A stretch of 64,000 nucleotides of DNA from Dechloromonas sp. (GTDB taxonomy: Bacteria; Pseudomonadota; Gammaproteobacteria; Burkholderiales; Rhodocyclaceae), in NCBI GenBank assembly GCA_028687035.1, contig JAQUAX010000015.1, forward strand, positions 949 to 64,948. The letters are read 5' to 3'. Shown here piece by piece: positions 27,547 through 37,381 of this stretch. The position numbers and the translations under genes were made by a program. Within the stretch, counting starts at the first letter, position 1; every line of letters starts with the position of its first letter. The notes beneath the pieces were generated by a model. That model searched no databases. It saw only the letters and a program-made list of their open reading frames with translations, and had not been told where the DNA came from.

Positions 27547-29585
27547 AGCTGGTTGACCAGCGCGCGCAGCCGCGCCGGGCGGACCGGCAGCGACAGCGCG
27601 TGGGCGCCGGCCGGCGGCGCGTTGCTGCCGAGCACGATCAGCGGTGAGTCGGCCGGCATGCGCTCGGCCAGCGCCGCGGCGCGGTCGGCGTCGGCGATGA
27701 CCAGCACGCCCGGCGGCGGCGCCAGCGGCGGCAGCCCGTCGTCCTGGCTGATCGCGTAGCCCCAGTGGGCGGCCAGTTCGATGCAGGCGAGCAGTGCCTC
27801 GGAATCGCCCACCACGTGCAGGCGCTCGGCGGTGCCGACGGTCTCGATGGTCTCCTGCGGCTGCGCGGCCGGCAGGCTCAGCATGAAGGTCGTGCCTTCG
27901 CCGACCCGGGAGCGCAGGCCGATTTCGATCTGCAGGGCCTTGGCCAGACGGTCGACGATGGACAGGCCCAGGCCCAGCCCCTTGCCCTGCTCGCGCGCCG
28001 CGTTGCCGACCTGGTAGAACTCCGCGAAGATCGCCGACTGGTGTTCCGGGGCGATGCCGATGCCGCTGTCGCGGACCTCGACGACGACCCGTCCGTCCCG
28101 CCGGCGGGCGGCGACCAGGATGCGGCCGCCGGGCGGCGTGTAGCGCATCGCGTTGGAGACCAGGTTGGCGATCATGCGCTCGAGCATCACCGGGTCGGAT
28201 TCGACCCACAGCCGGGTCGGGTGGAAACGCAGGCGCTGTTCGCGGTCGACCGCGTCGCGCCGGCAGGATCCGTCGAGCCGTTCGAACAGCGGCTGCAGCG
28301 GGCAGGCGCGGATTTCCGGCTTGATCCCGGAGACGTCGAGGCGCGACACGTCGAGCAGCGCGTCCAGCATTTCGCCGAGCAGCGCGCTCGAGGTCGAGAT
28401 CTGCTCGGCCAGGCGCGGCAGGTCGCGCAGGTTGCCGCTGCCGACCTGGCGTTGCAGGTCGGTCGCGAACAGCGACAGCGCGTGCATCGGCTGGCGCAGG
28501 TCGTGGCTGGCCGCGGCCAGGAAGCGGCTCTTCGCGCGGTTGGCCCGCTCGGCGGCGTCCTTGCGGCCGGCCAGTTCGTGGGTCGCCTCGGCGACGCGCT
28601 GCTCCAGCGTATCGCGGCTGGCCGCCAGTTCGGCGGTGATCGCCGCCATGTCGCGGACCTGGCGGCGGATCAGCAGCGCCCCGACCAGCAGCACCAGCGC
28701 GACCAGCGAGCCGAGCGTGCCCAGTTCGACCAGGCGGCTGCGCCAGTTGGCCAGCACGCTGGCTTCCGGGATCGCGGTCAGGATGCGCAGGTCGGGAAAG
28801 CCGGACACCGGCGACACCGAGATCAGCAGCCCGCGGTGCGAGGCGACGCCGCCGGCCGGGATGCGGTCGCGCAGGCGGCCGCCGAACAGCAGTTCCTCGG
28901 CCGGCTTGCCGAGCAGCGGCGACTGCCGGCTGAGGTCGGCCGGCCGGCAGGAGGCGATGACCTGCCCGCGCTCGTTGATCAGCACCGCCTCGAAATCGTC
29001 GGACAGCCGGTTCGACCAGCAGAAGTCCTGCAGGTAGGCGGGCTCGATCGCGGCGAAGGTGGCACCTGCGAAGCGGCCGTCCGGTCCGCTGATGCGGCGG
29101 GCGATCGCGTAGGTGTAGCGTCCCGAGTTGCGGCCGATGTAGGGGCCGAACGACGCGGTCTCGGCGCCCTTGGCCAGCGCCTGAAAATAGGGGCGGTCGG
29201 CGACGTTGATTTGCGGTGCCGGGAAGTAGGTCGAGATGAAGCGCTGGTCGCCGTTGCGGTCGAAGATGATCAGGTCGCGCAATTGCGGCATCGCCCGCGA
29301 GTGGCGCTGGGCGACGTATTCCCAGCCCTTGTTCGGCTCCCATTTTTCCCAGTCCCGGCGGTTGCCGGCGAGGTCGGTCGCCATCTCGCGCAGCAGCACG
29401 TCGAGCGCCTCGAAGGTGCGCGCCGTGTGCTCGGCCATCATGATGCCGAAGTGCTGCAGGCGGTGCTCGCCGTTCTCGAGGTCGCGGGCGCGCGACAGCG
29501 CGAGGTCGATGAAGAAGACCAGCAGCACGCTCAGCGTGCCGATCAGGGCCACGGACAGCGCCAGCGTTTCCGGCTTCTTGCGCAT
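27516..29585 (-). CDS. Cache-domain sensor histidine kinase with degenerate C-terminal receiver-like domain
   Basis: TM, periplasmic Cache-like region and second TM, then H-box ASHDLRQPMHAL and an HATPase domain (GLGLGLSIVDRL). The C-terminal approximately 120 aa is REC-like but lacks the acidic pocket and the conserved Lys. Start is MRKKPETL at 29585. Confidence 0.8.
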   Translation of the reverse strand: MRKKPETLALSVALIGTLSVLLVFFIDLALSRARDLENGEHRLQHFGIMMAEHTARTFEALDVLLREMATDLAGNRRDWEKWEPNKGWEYVAQRHSRAMPQLRDLIIFDRNGDQRFISTYFPAPQINVADRPYFQALAKGAETASFGPYIGRNSGRYTYAIARRISGPDGRFAGATFAAIEPAYLQDFCWSNRLSDDFEAVLINERGQVIASCRPADLSRQSPLLGKPAEELLFGGRLRDRIPAGGVASHRGLLISVSPVSGFPDLRILTAIPEASVLANWRSRLVELGTLGSLVALVLLVGALLIRRQVRDMAAITAELAASRDTLEQRVAEATHELAGRKDAAERANRAKSRFLAAASHDLRQPMHALSLFATDLQRQVGSGNLRDLPRLAEQISTSSALLGEMLDALLDVSRLDVSGIKPEIRACPLQPLFERLDGSCRRDAVDREQRLRFHPTRLWVESDPVMLERMIANLVSNAMRYTPPGGRILVAARRRDGRVVVEVRDSGIGIAPEHQSAIFAEFYQVGNAAREQGKGLGLGLSIVDRLAKALQIEIGLRSRVGEGTTFMLSLPAAQPQETIETVGTAERLHVVGDSEALLACIELAAHWGYAISQDDGLPPLAPPPGVLVIADADRAAALAERMPADSPLIVLGSNAPPAGAHALSLPVRPARLRALVNQLQKTLPKSMP

Positions 29586-29590
29586 GCGGC

Positions 29591-30340
29591 CTAGCGGCGG
29601 TAGCAGTAAAGCGGCCGGGCCGGCACGCAATCGACGTCGATGATGCGCTCCGGCGTCGCGCCGGGCACCGGGAAGCTGTTGCTGACGAACAGGCTGCCCG
29701 GCTTCATCTCGGCCTGCACCTTGTCCCACAGCTGGGCCATCGGCGCCGGCGACAGGAAGGCATAGACGACGTCGTAGTCGCCGAGCCGGGCCTGCCACAG
29801 GTCGTCCCAGCGCCAGTCGAGGTTGGGCCGGCCGAGGCCGAGCAGGCGGCCGGCCAGCCAGGTCAGCGGGGCGTTCTCGTAGCCGGTGAAGTGGTGCTCG
29901 GGCAGGGCATCGGCGAGCGGTACCGCGGTGCTGCCGAGGCCGGCGCCGAGGTCGATGAAGCGGCACGGCCCGCGTTCGGCGAGCAGGTCGGCGAGGGCGG
30001 CGACGGTCTGGCGGTTGGACAGGTAGAGCGGCACCTGGCCGGACAGTGCGCCGCGGTAGACGAGCAGCAGCAGCAAGAATGCGAGCAGGAACCAGCCGGG
30101 ATCGATCGCCAGGCGCTGGGTCGCCCAGACCAGCGGCATGAAGCCGGCGTGGATCAGCCGCCACCACCACGGCTGGCGGCTCAGGGTCGCCAGCAGCAGT
30201 GCGACGCCGCCGATCGCCAGGCTGGTTTCCAGCCACGGCATGGCCTCGGCGCGCCAGCCGAAGTAGGGCCAGGCCAGGGAAAGGACGAGAATGACGGCCG
30301 CCCCTTGCAGGGCGAACTGTCGCATCGGGGTCGCGGACAT
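29591..30340 (-). CDS. Membrane-anchored class I SAM-dependent methyltransferase
   Basis: Three to four N-terminal TM helices are followed by motif I (RFIDLGAGLGSTAVPLA). Gaps to the flanking genes are 7 nt and 5 nt. Confidence 0.65.
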   Translation of the reverse strand: MSATPMRQFALQGAAVILVLSLAWPYFGWRAEAMPWLETSLAIGGVALLLATLSRQPWWWRLIHAGFMPLVWATQRLAIDPGWFLLAFLLLLLVYRGALSGQVPLYLSNRQTVAALADLLAERGPCRFIDLGAGLGSTAVPLADALPEHHFTGYENAPLTWLAGRLLGLGRPNLDWRWDDLWQARLGDYDVVYAFLSPAPMAQLWDKVQAEMKPGSLFVSNSFPVPGATPERIIDVDCVPARPLYCYRR

Positions 30341-30347
30341 GGCGCGA

Positions 30348-33300
30348 TTATGCCATTACCGCCAGCCGGGCCTTTTGCCGCCGTGCCGCGGCCGGCGCCA
30401 GCGCCGCGCCGCGCACCGGGCCGAAGCCGCGCACCTCGCCCGGCCAGCCGGCGAGTTCGCGGGCGGCGGGGCCGGCGCCGCGCGCCGCGATCAGGTCGAG
30501 ATCGGCCTCGTAATCGGCGAGCAGTTCGCGGTCGACCGCGCGTTCGGCGGAAAAACGGAAGGGATCGAACCAGCTCCCGCGCCAGCGGCGCAGCGCGGCC
30601 AGACCGCGCAGCACCGGCAGCAGCCAGCCGCCGATGCGGCGCTTGCGCGGCCGGCCGTCCGGCCCCGGCCGGGCGAGGAAGGGCGGCGCCAGGTGGAAGG
30701 CGATCCGGTAATCCCCTGCGAAGGCCTGTTCCAGGCGGCGGCGGAATTCGCCGTCGGTGTACAGCCGGGCGACCTCGTATTCGTCCTTCGGGGCGAGCAG
30801 CCGGGCGTACTGCACGGCGACGCTGCGGGCGAGCGCATCGTCGCCGAGCGCCCGGATGCGCGCGACGCGTTCCCGGTAGCGGGCGGCGAGGGCGGCATCC
30901 TGGTAGGCGGCGAGATGGGCGGCGCGCTGTTCGACCAGCACGTCGAGCGTCGCCGGCGGCGGTGCTTCGCCGAGGCCGGCCGCGGCCAGCACGCGCTGCG
31001 GGTCGAGCGCGTAGCGGCGGCCCCAGCGGAAGGCCTGCCGGTTCGGCTCGACGGCGGCGCCGTTCAGCACGATCGCCTGGTCGAGCGCGGCGGCCGAAAC
31101 CGGCACCAGTCCCTGCTGCCACGCGATGCCGAGCAGCAGCAGGTTGGCCGGCTGCGCGTCGCCGAGCAGGCGGGCGGCCAGCGCCCCGGCATCGACGAAG
31201 CGGGCGGCCTCGTCGCCCAGCGTGTCGAGCAGCCGGCGGCGCAGCGCCGCCTGCGGGAAGGACCAGTCGCGGTCGCGGGTGAATTCGCCGGTCGGCGTCT
31301 CGCTGCTGCTGAACACGCCGCGCGTGCGCCCGGCCAGCATCCGGGCCAGCGCCTCGGGGCCGGCACTGACCACCAGGTCGCCGCCGAGCACGGCGTCGGC
31401 CTCGCCGGTTGCGATGCGGGCTGCATGGATGGTTTCCGGCGCATCGGCGATGCGCAGGTGCGACTGCACGGCGCCGAACTTCTGCGCCAGCCCGGTCATG
31501 TCGAGCACCGAGACGCCCTTGCCGTCGAGGTGGGCGGCCATGCCGACCAGCGCGCCCAGCGTCACCACGCCGGTACCGCCGACGCCGGTCAGCAGCAGGT
31601 TCCACGGCCGCGCGGTGGCGGGTAGCGCGGGCGCCGGCAGCGCCGGCCAGTCGCCATCGTCGATCGCCGCCGCGGCGCGCCGGAGGCGGCCGCCGGTGAC
31701 CGTCACGAAGCTCGGGCAGAAGCCCTTCAGGCAGGACAGGTCCTGGTTGCAGGCCGACTGGTCGATGCGCCTCTTCGTGCCGAACGCGGTATCGACCGGC
31801 ACCACGGCCAGGCAGTTGGACTGCACCGAGCAGTCGCCGCAGCCTTCGCACACCGCCTCGTTGATGAAGGCGCGGGTGGCGGCCGGCGGCAGGCGGCCGC
31901 GCTTGCGCCGGCGGCGCGCTTCGGTGGCGCAGACCTGGTCGTAGATCAGCGCGCTGACGCCGGGCGTCGCGCGCAGTTCGCGCTGCACCGCGTCGAGCTC
32001 GTCGCGGTGGCGGACCGGCACGCCGGGCGCGAGGCCGTCGATGCCGGCGTAGCGGCCCGGGTCGCCGGTGACGACGACGATTCTCGCGACGCCCTCGGCG
32101 GCCAGCTGCCGGCTCAGGCGCGGCACGTCGAGCGCGCCGTCGACCGGCTGGCCGCCGGTCATCGCGACGGCGTCGTTGTAGAGGATCTTGTAGGTGATAT
32201 TGACGCCGGCGGCGAGCGCCTGCCGGATGGCGAGCAGGCCGCTGTGGAAATAGGTGCCGTCGCCGAGGTTCGCGAAGATGTGCCGCTCCGCCGAAAACGG
32301 CGCCTGGCCGACCCAGGGCACGCCTTCGCCGCCCATGTGGGTGAAGGTCGCGGTCTGCCGGTCCATCCAGGTCACCATGTAATGACAGCCGATGCCGGCG
32401 ACCGCGCGCGATCCTTCCGGCACCCGGGTCGAGGTGTTGTGCGGGCAGCCGGCGCAGAAATGCGGCTTGCGCTCGACGACCACCGGCGGCAGCCCGCCGG
32501 CCCGCTGCTTGGCCTCGATCAGCGTGAGCCGGGCGCGGATCGCCGGCGACGTCACGTAGCGCCCGATGCGCTGCGCGATGACCCGCGCGATGCCGGCGAC
32601 GCTCAGTTCGCCGGCCGCCGGCAGCAGCCAGTCGGCGTGCGCCAGGTAGCCGCCGTCGCCTTCGACGGTCCACTCGCCCTTTTCGTCGAATTTCCCGATC
32701 ACGCGCGGGCGGACGTCCTCGCGCCAGTTGTACAGCTCCTCCTTGAGCTGGTATTCGAGCAGCTGGCGCTTCTCCTCGACGACGAGGATTTCCTCCAGCC
32801 CCTCGGCGAAGCGGCGCACACCTTCCGGCTCCAGCGGCCAGACCATGCCGACCTTGTAGACGCGCAGGCCGACCTGCGCGGCCAGCGCGTCGTCGATGCC
32901 CAGTTCGTCGAGCGCCTGGCGGACGTCGAGGTAGCTCTTGCCCGCGGTCAGGATGCCCAGGCGCGGCTGCGCCGAGTCGATGACCAGGCGGTCGAGCCGG
33001 TTGGCCCGGCAGTAGGCGAGCGCCGCGTACAGCTTGTAGTTCAGCAGGCGGGCTTCCTGGACCAGCGGCGGGTCGGGCCAGCGGATGTTCAGGCCGTCCG
33101 GCGGCAGCGCGAAATCGGCCGGTTCGACGATGTTCACCGCGGCCGGGTCGAGGTCGACCGAGGCCGAGGTCTCGACGGTGTCGGCCAGCGCCTTGAAGGC
33201 GACCCAGCAGCCGGAATAGCGGCTCATCGCCCAGCCGTGCAGGCCGAAATCCAGATATTCCCGGACGTTCGCCGGGTAGAGCACCGGCATCATCACCGCC

Positions 33301-33809
33301 TTGAACACGTGCTCGGTCTGGTGCGGCAGCGTCGACGACTTGGCCGCATGGTCGTCGCCGGCGACCACCAGCACGCCGCCGTGGCGGGCGCTGCCGGCGG
33401 CGTTGGCATGGCGGAAGACGTCGCCGCAGCGGTCGACGCCCGGTCCCTTGCCGTACCACATCGCGAACACGCCATCGTGCTTCGCGCCGGGGAACAGCCC
33501 GACCTGCTGGCTGCCCCAGACCGCGGTCGCCGCCAGATCCTCGTTGATGCCCGGCTGGAAAACGACCTGATGCGCCGCGAGATGCGCGCGGGCCTGCCAC
33601 AGGCCGCGGTCCAGGTTGCCGAGCGGGCTGCCGCGGTAACCCGAGATGAAGCCGGCGGTATCGAGCCCGGCGGCGAGGTCGCGTTCGCGCTGCAGCATCG
33701 GCAGGCGGATCAGCGCCTGCGTGCCGCTCAGGAAGACGCGGCCGGCGGCGCGCGTGTATCGGTCGTCAAGCGCCGCGGCGAGCGCAGCGGCTTCGGCGGG
33801 TTTGCCCAT
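30348..33809 (-). CDS. Indolepyruvate/2-oxoacid:ferredoxin oxidoreductase family protein (fused alpha-beta)
   Basis: 1153 aa. It has a TPP motif GDGTYFHSG, the segment CAGCPHNTS and a ferredoxin-like CEGCGDCSVQSNC. Confidence 0.85.
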   Translation of the reverse strand: MGKPAEAAALAAALDDRYTRAAGRVFLSGTQALIRLPMLQRERDLAAGLDTAGFISGYRGSPLGNLDRGLWQARAHLAAHQVVFQPGINEDLAATAVWGSQQVGLFPGAKHDGVFAMWYGKGPGVDRCGDVFRHANAAGSARHGGVLVVAGDDHAAKSSTLPHQTEHVFKAVMMPVLYPANVREYLDFGLHGWAMSRYSGCWVAFKALADTVETSASVDLDPAAVNIVEPADFALPPDGLNIRWPDPPLVQEARLLNYKLYAALAYCRANRLDRLVIDSAQPRLGILTAGKSYLDVRQALDELGIDDALAAQVGLRVYKVGMVWPLEPEGVRRFAEGLEEILVVEEKRQLLEYQLKEELYNWREDVRPRVIGKFDEKGEWTVEGDGGYLAHADWLLPAAGELSVAGIARVIAQRIGRYVTSPAIRARLTLIEAKQRAGGLPPVVVERKPHFCAGCPHNTSTRVPEGSRAVAGIGCHYMVTWMDRQTATFTHMGGEGVPWVGQAPFSAERHIFANLGDGTYFHSGLLAIRQALAAGVNITYKILYNDAVAMTGGQPVDGALDVPRLSRQLAAEGVARIVVVTGDPGRYAGIDGLAPGVPVRHRDELDAVQRELRATPGVSALIYDQVCATEARRRRKRGRLPPAATRAFINEAVCEGCGDCSVQSNCLAVVPVDTAFGTKRRIDQSACNQDLSCLKGFCPSFVTVTGGRLRRAAAAIDDGDWPALPAPALPATARPWNLLLTGVGGTGVVTLGALVGMAAHLDGKGVSVLDMTGLAQKFGAVQSHLRIADAPETIHAARIATGEADAVLGGDLVVSAGPEALARMLAGRTRGVFSSSETPTGEFTRDRDWSFPQAALRRRLLDTLGDEAARFVDAGALAARLLGDAQPANLLLLGIAWQQGLVPVSAAALDQAIVLNGAAVEPNRQAFRWGRRYALDPQRVLAAAGLGEAPPPATLDVLVEQRAAHLAAYQDAALAARYRERVARIRALGDDALARSVAVQYARLLAPKDEYEVARLYTDGEFRRRLEQAFAGDYRIAFHLAPPFLARPGPDGRPRKRRIGGWLLPVLRGLAALRRWRGSWFDPFRFSAERAVDRELLADYEADLDLIAARGAGPAARELAGWPGEVRGFGPVRGAALAPAAARRQKARLAVMA

Positions 33810-33903
33810 CGTCCTCTCCTTCGCGCCTGGTGGGCGCCCGGTGCAGCGGGCGGCGCCCCGGTGGAGGCGCCTGCGGATTGGAGTGGCGCGCCGGCCCCGG
33901 GGT

Positions 33904-35778
33904 TCAGCCCAGCTGCAGCGGCAGGTCCAGCGTCAGCGTGAAGCGGAAGCTGGAACCGACGCCTTCCTCGCTGTCCACCGTCAGTTCGCCGCCCATCAGC
34001 TCGACCAGCTGGCGCGAGATGGTCAGCCCCAGCCCGGTGCCGCCGAAGCGCCGCGTCGTCGAACCGTCGGCCTGCGCGAAGGCCTGGAAGATGGTTTCCA
34101 GGCGGTCGGCCGGGATGCCGATGCCGGTGTCGGTCACCGCGATGCCGACGACGACCTGCGACCAGTTCTTGTCGCGCCAGTCGACGCGGATCGTGATGCC
34201 GCCCTGCGGCGTGAACTTGATCGCATTGCCGACCAGGTTCAGCAGCACCTGGCGGATGCGCAACGGGTCGCCGACCAGGGTTTCCGGCAGGTTGTCGGGG
34301 ATGACGACGCGGCAGTCCAGGCCCTTTTCCTTCAGCTGCGACTGCATCAGGCCGGTGACCTCGTCGATGACCTCGGGCAGGTTCAGCGGCGTGTGCTCGA
34401 TTTCCAGTTTGCCGGATTCGATCTTCGACACGTCGAGGATGTCGTTCAGGATGCCCAGCAGGTTTTCCGCCGAGTTGCGCGAAATGTTCAGGTAGCTGCG
34501 CGTTTCCTTGTCGAGGTCGTTCATCAGCGCCAGCTCGATCATGCCGAGCACGCCGTTCATCGGGGTCCGGATCTCGTGGCTCATGTTGGCCAGGAATTCG
34601 CTCTTCGCCCGGTTCGCCGCCTCGGCTTCCTCCTTGGCCTGTTCGAGGTTCTGCATGATCCGCGAGCGCTGCTCCTCGCTGAGCGCGAGCGCCGCCTCGG
34701 CGTCGTTGCGGGCGGCCAGGAAGTCGTTGAACGCGGCGGCGACGGTGCGGATCTCGGTGCTGCCCTCCTCGGGGACCGGCGCCGACGGCTGCTGCGGGCG
34801 CATCGCCGCGGCCCGCTGGCGCATCGCCGCGGCGAGTTCGCCGAGCGGACTGACCAGCCCGTGCGACAGGTACCAGAGCAGCGGGATCGCGCCGAGCATC
34901 AGTGCGACGGTGACCAGTCCCATGCGCCGCTCGATCTCGGCGATCGGCTCGAAGGCCTCGGCGACCGGGATCACCGACGCGAGGATCCAGCCGGTCGTCT
35001 GCAGGCGCTTGAAGCTGAACAGGCCGTGCAGGCCGCGGCTGTTGCGTCCCTCCAGCGTGCCTTCGAAGCCCTCGAGGGCGCGGCCGAGCGCCGGGTTCTC
35101 CTGGGCGCCGGGGGCCGGCTTCATGATCCGCTCGCGGTCCGGATGGACCACCATCAGGCCTTCCCGGGACACCATGTACAGGTAGCCGGTCTTGCCGATC
35201 TTGCGGCTGCTCAGCGCGCCGAGCAGGTTGGGCTGGAACAGGTTCAGCACGCCGCCGGCGATCGCCTGCAGCCGGCCCCGCTCGTCGAGCAGCGGCACCG
35301 CGATGACGATGATCGGCTGGCCGGTGGCGCGGCCGATGATGGGTTGCGAAATGTAGGGCTTGCCGGTTTCGCGGACGACCTTGATGTAGTCGCGCTCGGA
35401 CATGTCGAGCTGGCGGCGGCCGAGCTTGACCGGCCAGTCGGCGAGCAGGATGCCGCGCGGATCGAAGATGTAGAGGTCGTCGAACAGCGTCAGCAGCGCC
35501 GGGCGCGCCTTCAGGAAGGCCTCGAGCGCTGCCGGGTCGCCGAGCGCGGCGCGCGGGATGCGTTCGGTGCTGCGCGACAGCGCGGTGACCCGTTCGCTGA
35601 GCTTGTCGTCGAGATGGCGGCCGAGCTCCGTCAGCAGGTGGTACTGCTCTGCCTCGATCCGTTCGGCCAGCGTGCCGCGCAAGGCGTGGAACTGGATCAG
35701 CGATTGCGCCAGCAACAGCAGCAGGCCGATCCCGATGGCGCCGAGCGTGAGCTTGAATTTCAGGCTGGACTGGGGCAT
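33904..35778 (-). CDS. dCache-HAMP sensor histidine kinase (no receiver)
   Basis: N-terminal TM, a Cache-like periplasmic region and a second TM, then H-box [18 protein letters not shown] and G-box [18 protein letters not shown]. Start is MPQSSLKF at 35778. Confidence 0.8.
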   Translation of the reverse strand: MPQSSLKFKLTLGAIGIGLLLLLAQSLIQFHALRGTLAERIEAEQYHLLTELGRHLDDKLSERVTALSRSTERIPRAALGDPAALEAFLKARPALLTLFDDLYIFDPRGILLADWPVKLGRRQLDMSERDYIKVVRETGKPYISQPIIGRATGQPIIVIAVPLLDERGRLQAIAGGVLNLFQPNLLGALSSRKIGKTGYLYMVSREGLMVVHPDRERIMKPAPGAQENPALGRALEGFEGTLEGRNSRGLHGLFSFKRLQTTGWILASVIPVAEAFEPIAEIERRMGLVTVALMLGAIPLLWYLSHGLVSPLGELAAAMRQRAAAMRPQQPSAPVPEEGSTEIRTVAAAFNDFLAARNDAEAALALSEEQRSRIMQNLEQAKEEAEAANRAKSEFLANMSHEIRTPMNGVLGMIELALMNDLDKETRSYLNISRNSAENLLGILNDILDVSKIESGKLEIEHTPLNLPEVIDEVTGLMQSQLKEKGLDCRVVIPDNLPETLVGDPLRIRQVLLNLVGNAIKFTPQGGITIRVDWRDKNWSQVVVGIAVTDTGIGIPADRLETIFQAFAQADGSTTRRFGGTGLGLTISRQLVELMGGELTVDSEEGVGSSFRFTLTLDLPLQLG

Positions 35779-35894
35779 GGACGGTTGTGCGGCGCGGAAA
35801 ATGCGAAGATTGTATCCCTTGTGGGTCGGAACGTCCCCTTTTCCTGCTTTCGGCATATTTTTCGATCCGCCCGCGATGCCGGCCGGATCGCGTA

Positions 35895-35908
35895 TTGACG
35901 TTGATCAA
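35895..35908. promoter_or_regulatory. FNR/CRP-type box TTGAC-GTTG-ATCAA
   Basis: It matches 9 of 10 positions of the TTGAT-N4-ATCAA consensus. It lies in the divergent region between kinase 33904..35778 and livK, 59 nt upstream of the livK ATG. Confidence 0.4.
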
Positions 35909-35966
35909 TGTCATCCGGAGAATCGTCCCGTTTGCGTTCCCACCCCGACAATCAGGAGAATCTCCG

Positions 35967-37313
35967 ATGCACGCCAAGCTTTCCGTCGTTGCGCTGTCCG
36001 TCGCCTGCGCGCTCGCAGCCTGCGGCCAGAAGGAAGAACCGAAGCCGGCCGGTGCGCCGGAAACCGTCGTCCGGATCGGGCACGTCGCGCCGATGACCGG
36101 CCCGCAGGCCCACCTCGGCAAGGATAACGAGAATGCCGCCCGCCTGGCGATCGACGAACTGAACGCCCAGGGCCTGAGCATCGGCGGGGCCAAGGTGCGC
36201 TTCGAGCTGCTGCCGGAGGATGACCAGGCCGATCCCAAGCAGGGCTCGATCGTCGCCCAGAAGCTGGTCGATGCGAAGGTCAATGGCGTCGTCGGCCACC
36301 TGAACTCGGGAACGACGATACCGGCGTCGAAACTGTACGCGGACGCCGGCATTCCGCAGGTCTCCGGTTCGGCGACCAATCCGAAATACACGCAGCAGGG
36401 CTTCAGGACGGCCTTCCGGGTGATGGCCAACGACGTCCAGCAGGGCCGCGCGCTCGGCGAGTTCGCCGCCCGCCAGGGCATCCGCAGCGTCGCCGTGGTC
36501 GACGACCGCACCGCCTACGGCCAGGGCCTGGCCGACGAGTTCCGCAAGGCGGCCGAGGCGGCCGGCATCCAGGTCGTCGCCACCGAATACACCAACGACA
36601 AGGCGACCGACTTCAAGGCCATCCTGACCAAGATCAAGTCGACGAAGGCCGAACTGGTCTTCTACGGCGGCATGGACGCGCAGGGCGGCCCGATGGCGCG
36701 GCAGATGAAGGAACTCGGCATCAAGGCCAAATTCCTCGGCGGCGACGGCGTGTGCACGCCGGAATTCATGAAGCTCGGCGGCGAGGCGGCCGACGGCCAC
36801 TACTGCTCGCTGCCCGGCATGCCGCTCGACAAGCTGGCCAAGGGGCCGGAATTCCGCGACAGGTTCGAGAAGAAGTTCAATGCCCGGATCCAGCTGTACG
36901 CGCCCTACGTCTACGACGCGGTGATGGTGATCGCCGATTCGATGAAGCGCGCCAATTCGGTCGATCCCGCGGTGTACCTGCCGGAAATCGGCAAAACCCG
37001 CTACGACGGCGTCACCGCACTGGTCGAGTTCGACGCCTTCGGCGACCTGAAGGGCGGCGCGATCTCGATCTACCGCTACCAGGCCGGCCGGCTCGATTAC
37101 GTCGAGACGCTGGGCGGCGGTCCGCTGGATGGCGCGAAGGCCGAGGTCAAGGAAGCCGTCGCCGAGGTCAAGGAAGCGGCCCACGCCGTGGCCGGCGCCG
37201 CCGGCGCGGTCGGCAAGGAAGCCGTGAAGGCCGGGGCGGATGCCGTCAAGGCCGGCGCCGAGGCGGTCAAGGGTGCCGCCGAGGCGACCAAGGCAGCGGT
37301 CGAGAAGAAATAG
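35967..37313 (+). CDS. livK: Leu/Ile/Val-binding lipoprotein with Ala/Lys/Glu-rich repetitive C-terminal tail
   Basis: Lipoprotein signal (VALSVACALAAC|G) and a LivK-like core (IGHVAPMTGPQAHLGKD...). It heads a K-H-M-G-F gene order. The last approximately 65 aa are repeats of the AEVKEAV / AVKAGA type. Confidence 0.8.
   Translation: MHAKLSVVALSVACALAACGQKEEPKPAGAPETVVRIGHVAPMTGPQAHLGKDNENAARLAIDELNAQGLSIGGAKVRFELLPEDDQADPKQGSIVAQKLVDAKVNGVVGHLNSGTTIPASKLYADAGIPQVSGSATNPKYTQQGFRTAFRVMANDVQQGRALGEFAARQGIRSVAVVDDRTAYGQGLADEFRKAAEAAGIQVVATEYTNDKATDFKAILTKIKSTKAELVFYGGMDAQGGPMARQMKELGIKAKFLGGDGVCTPEFMKLGGEAADGHYCSLPGMPLDKLAKGPEFRDRFEKKFNARIQLYAPYVYDAVMVIADSMKRANSVDPAVYLPEIGKTRYDGVTALVEFDAFGDLKGGAISIYRYQAGRLDYVETLGGGPLDGAKAEVKEAVAEVKEAAHAVAGAAGAVGKEAVKAGADAVKAGAEAVKGAAEATKAAVEKK
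37140..37181 (+). repeat. Tandem 21-bp in-frame repeat inside the livK 3' end
   Basis: gccgaggtcaaggaagccgtc (37140-37160) is followed by gccgaggtcaaggaagcggcc (37161-37181), with 19 of 21 positions identical. Confidence 0.9.
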
Positions 37314-37381
37314 GGACAACCGCCCCGGGACAAACGGCACCGCAAGGTGCCGTTTCCTTATCCTGCGGCCGGATATACAGA

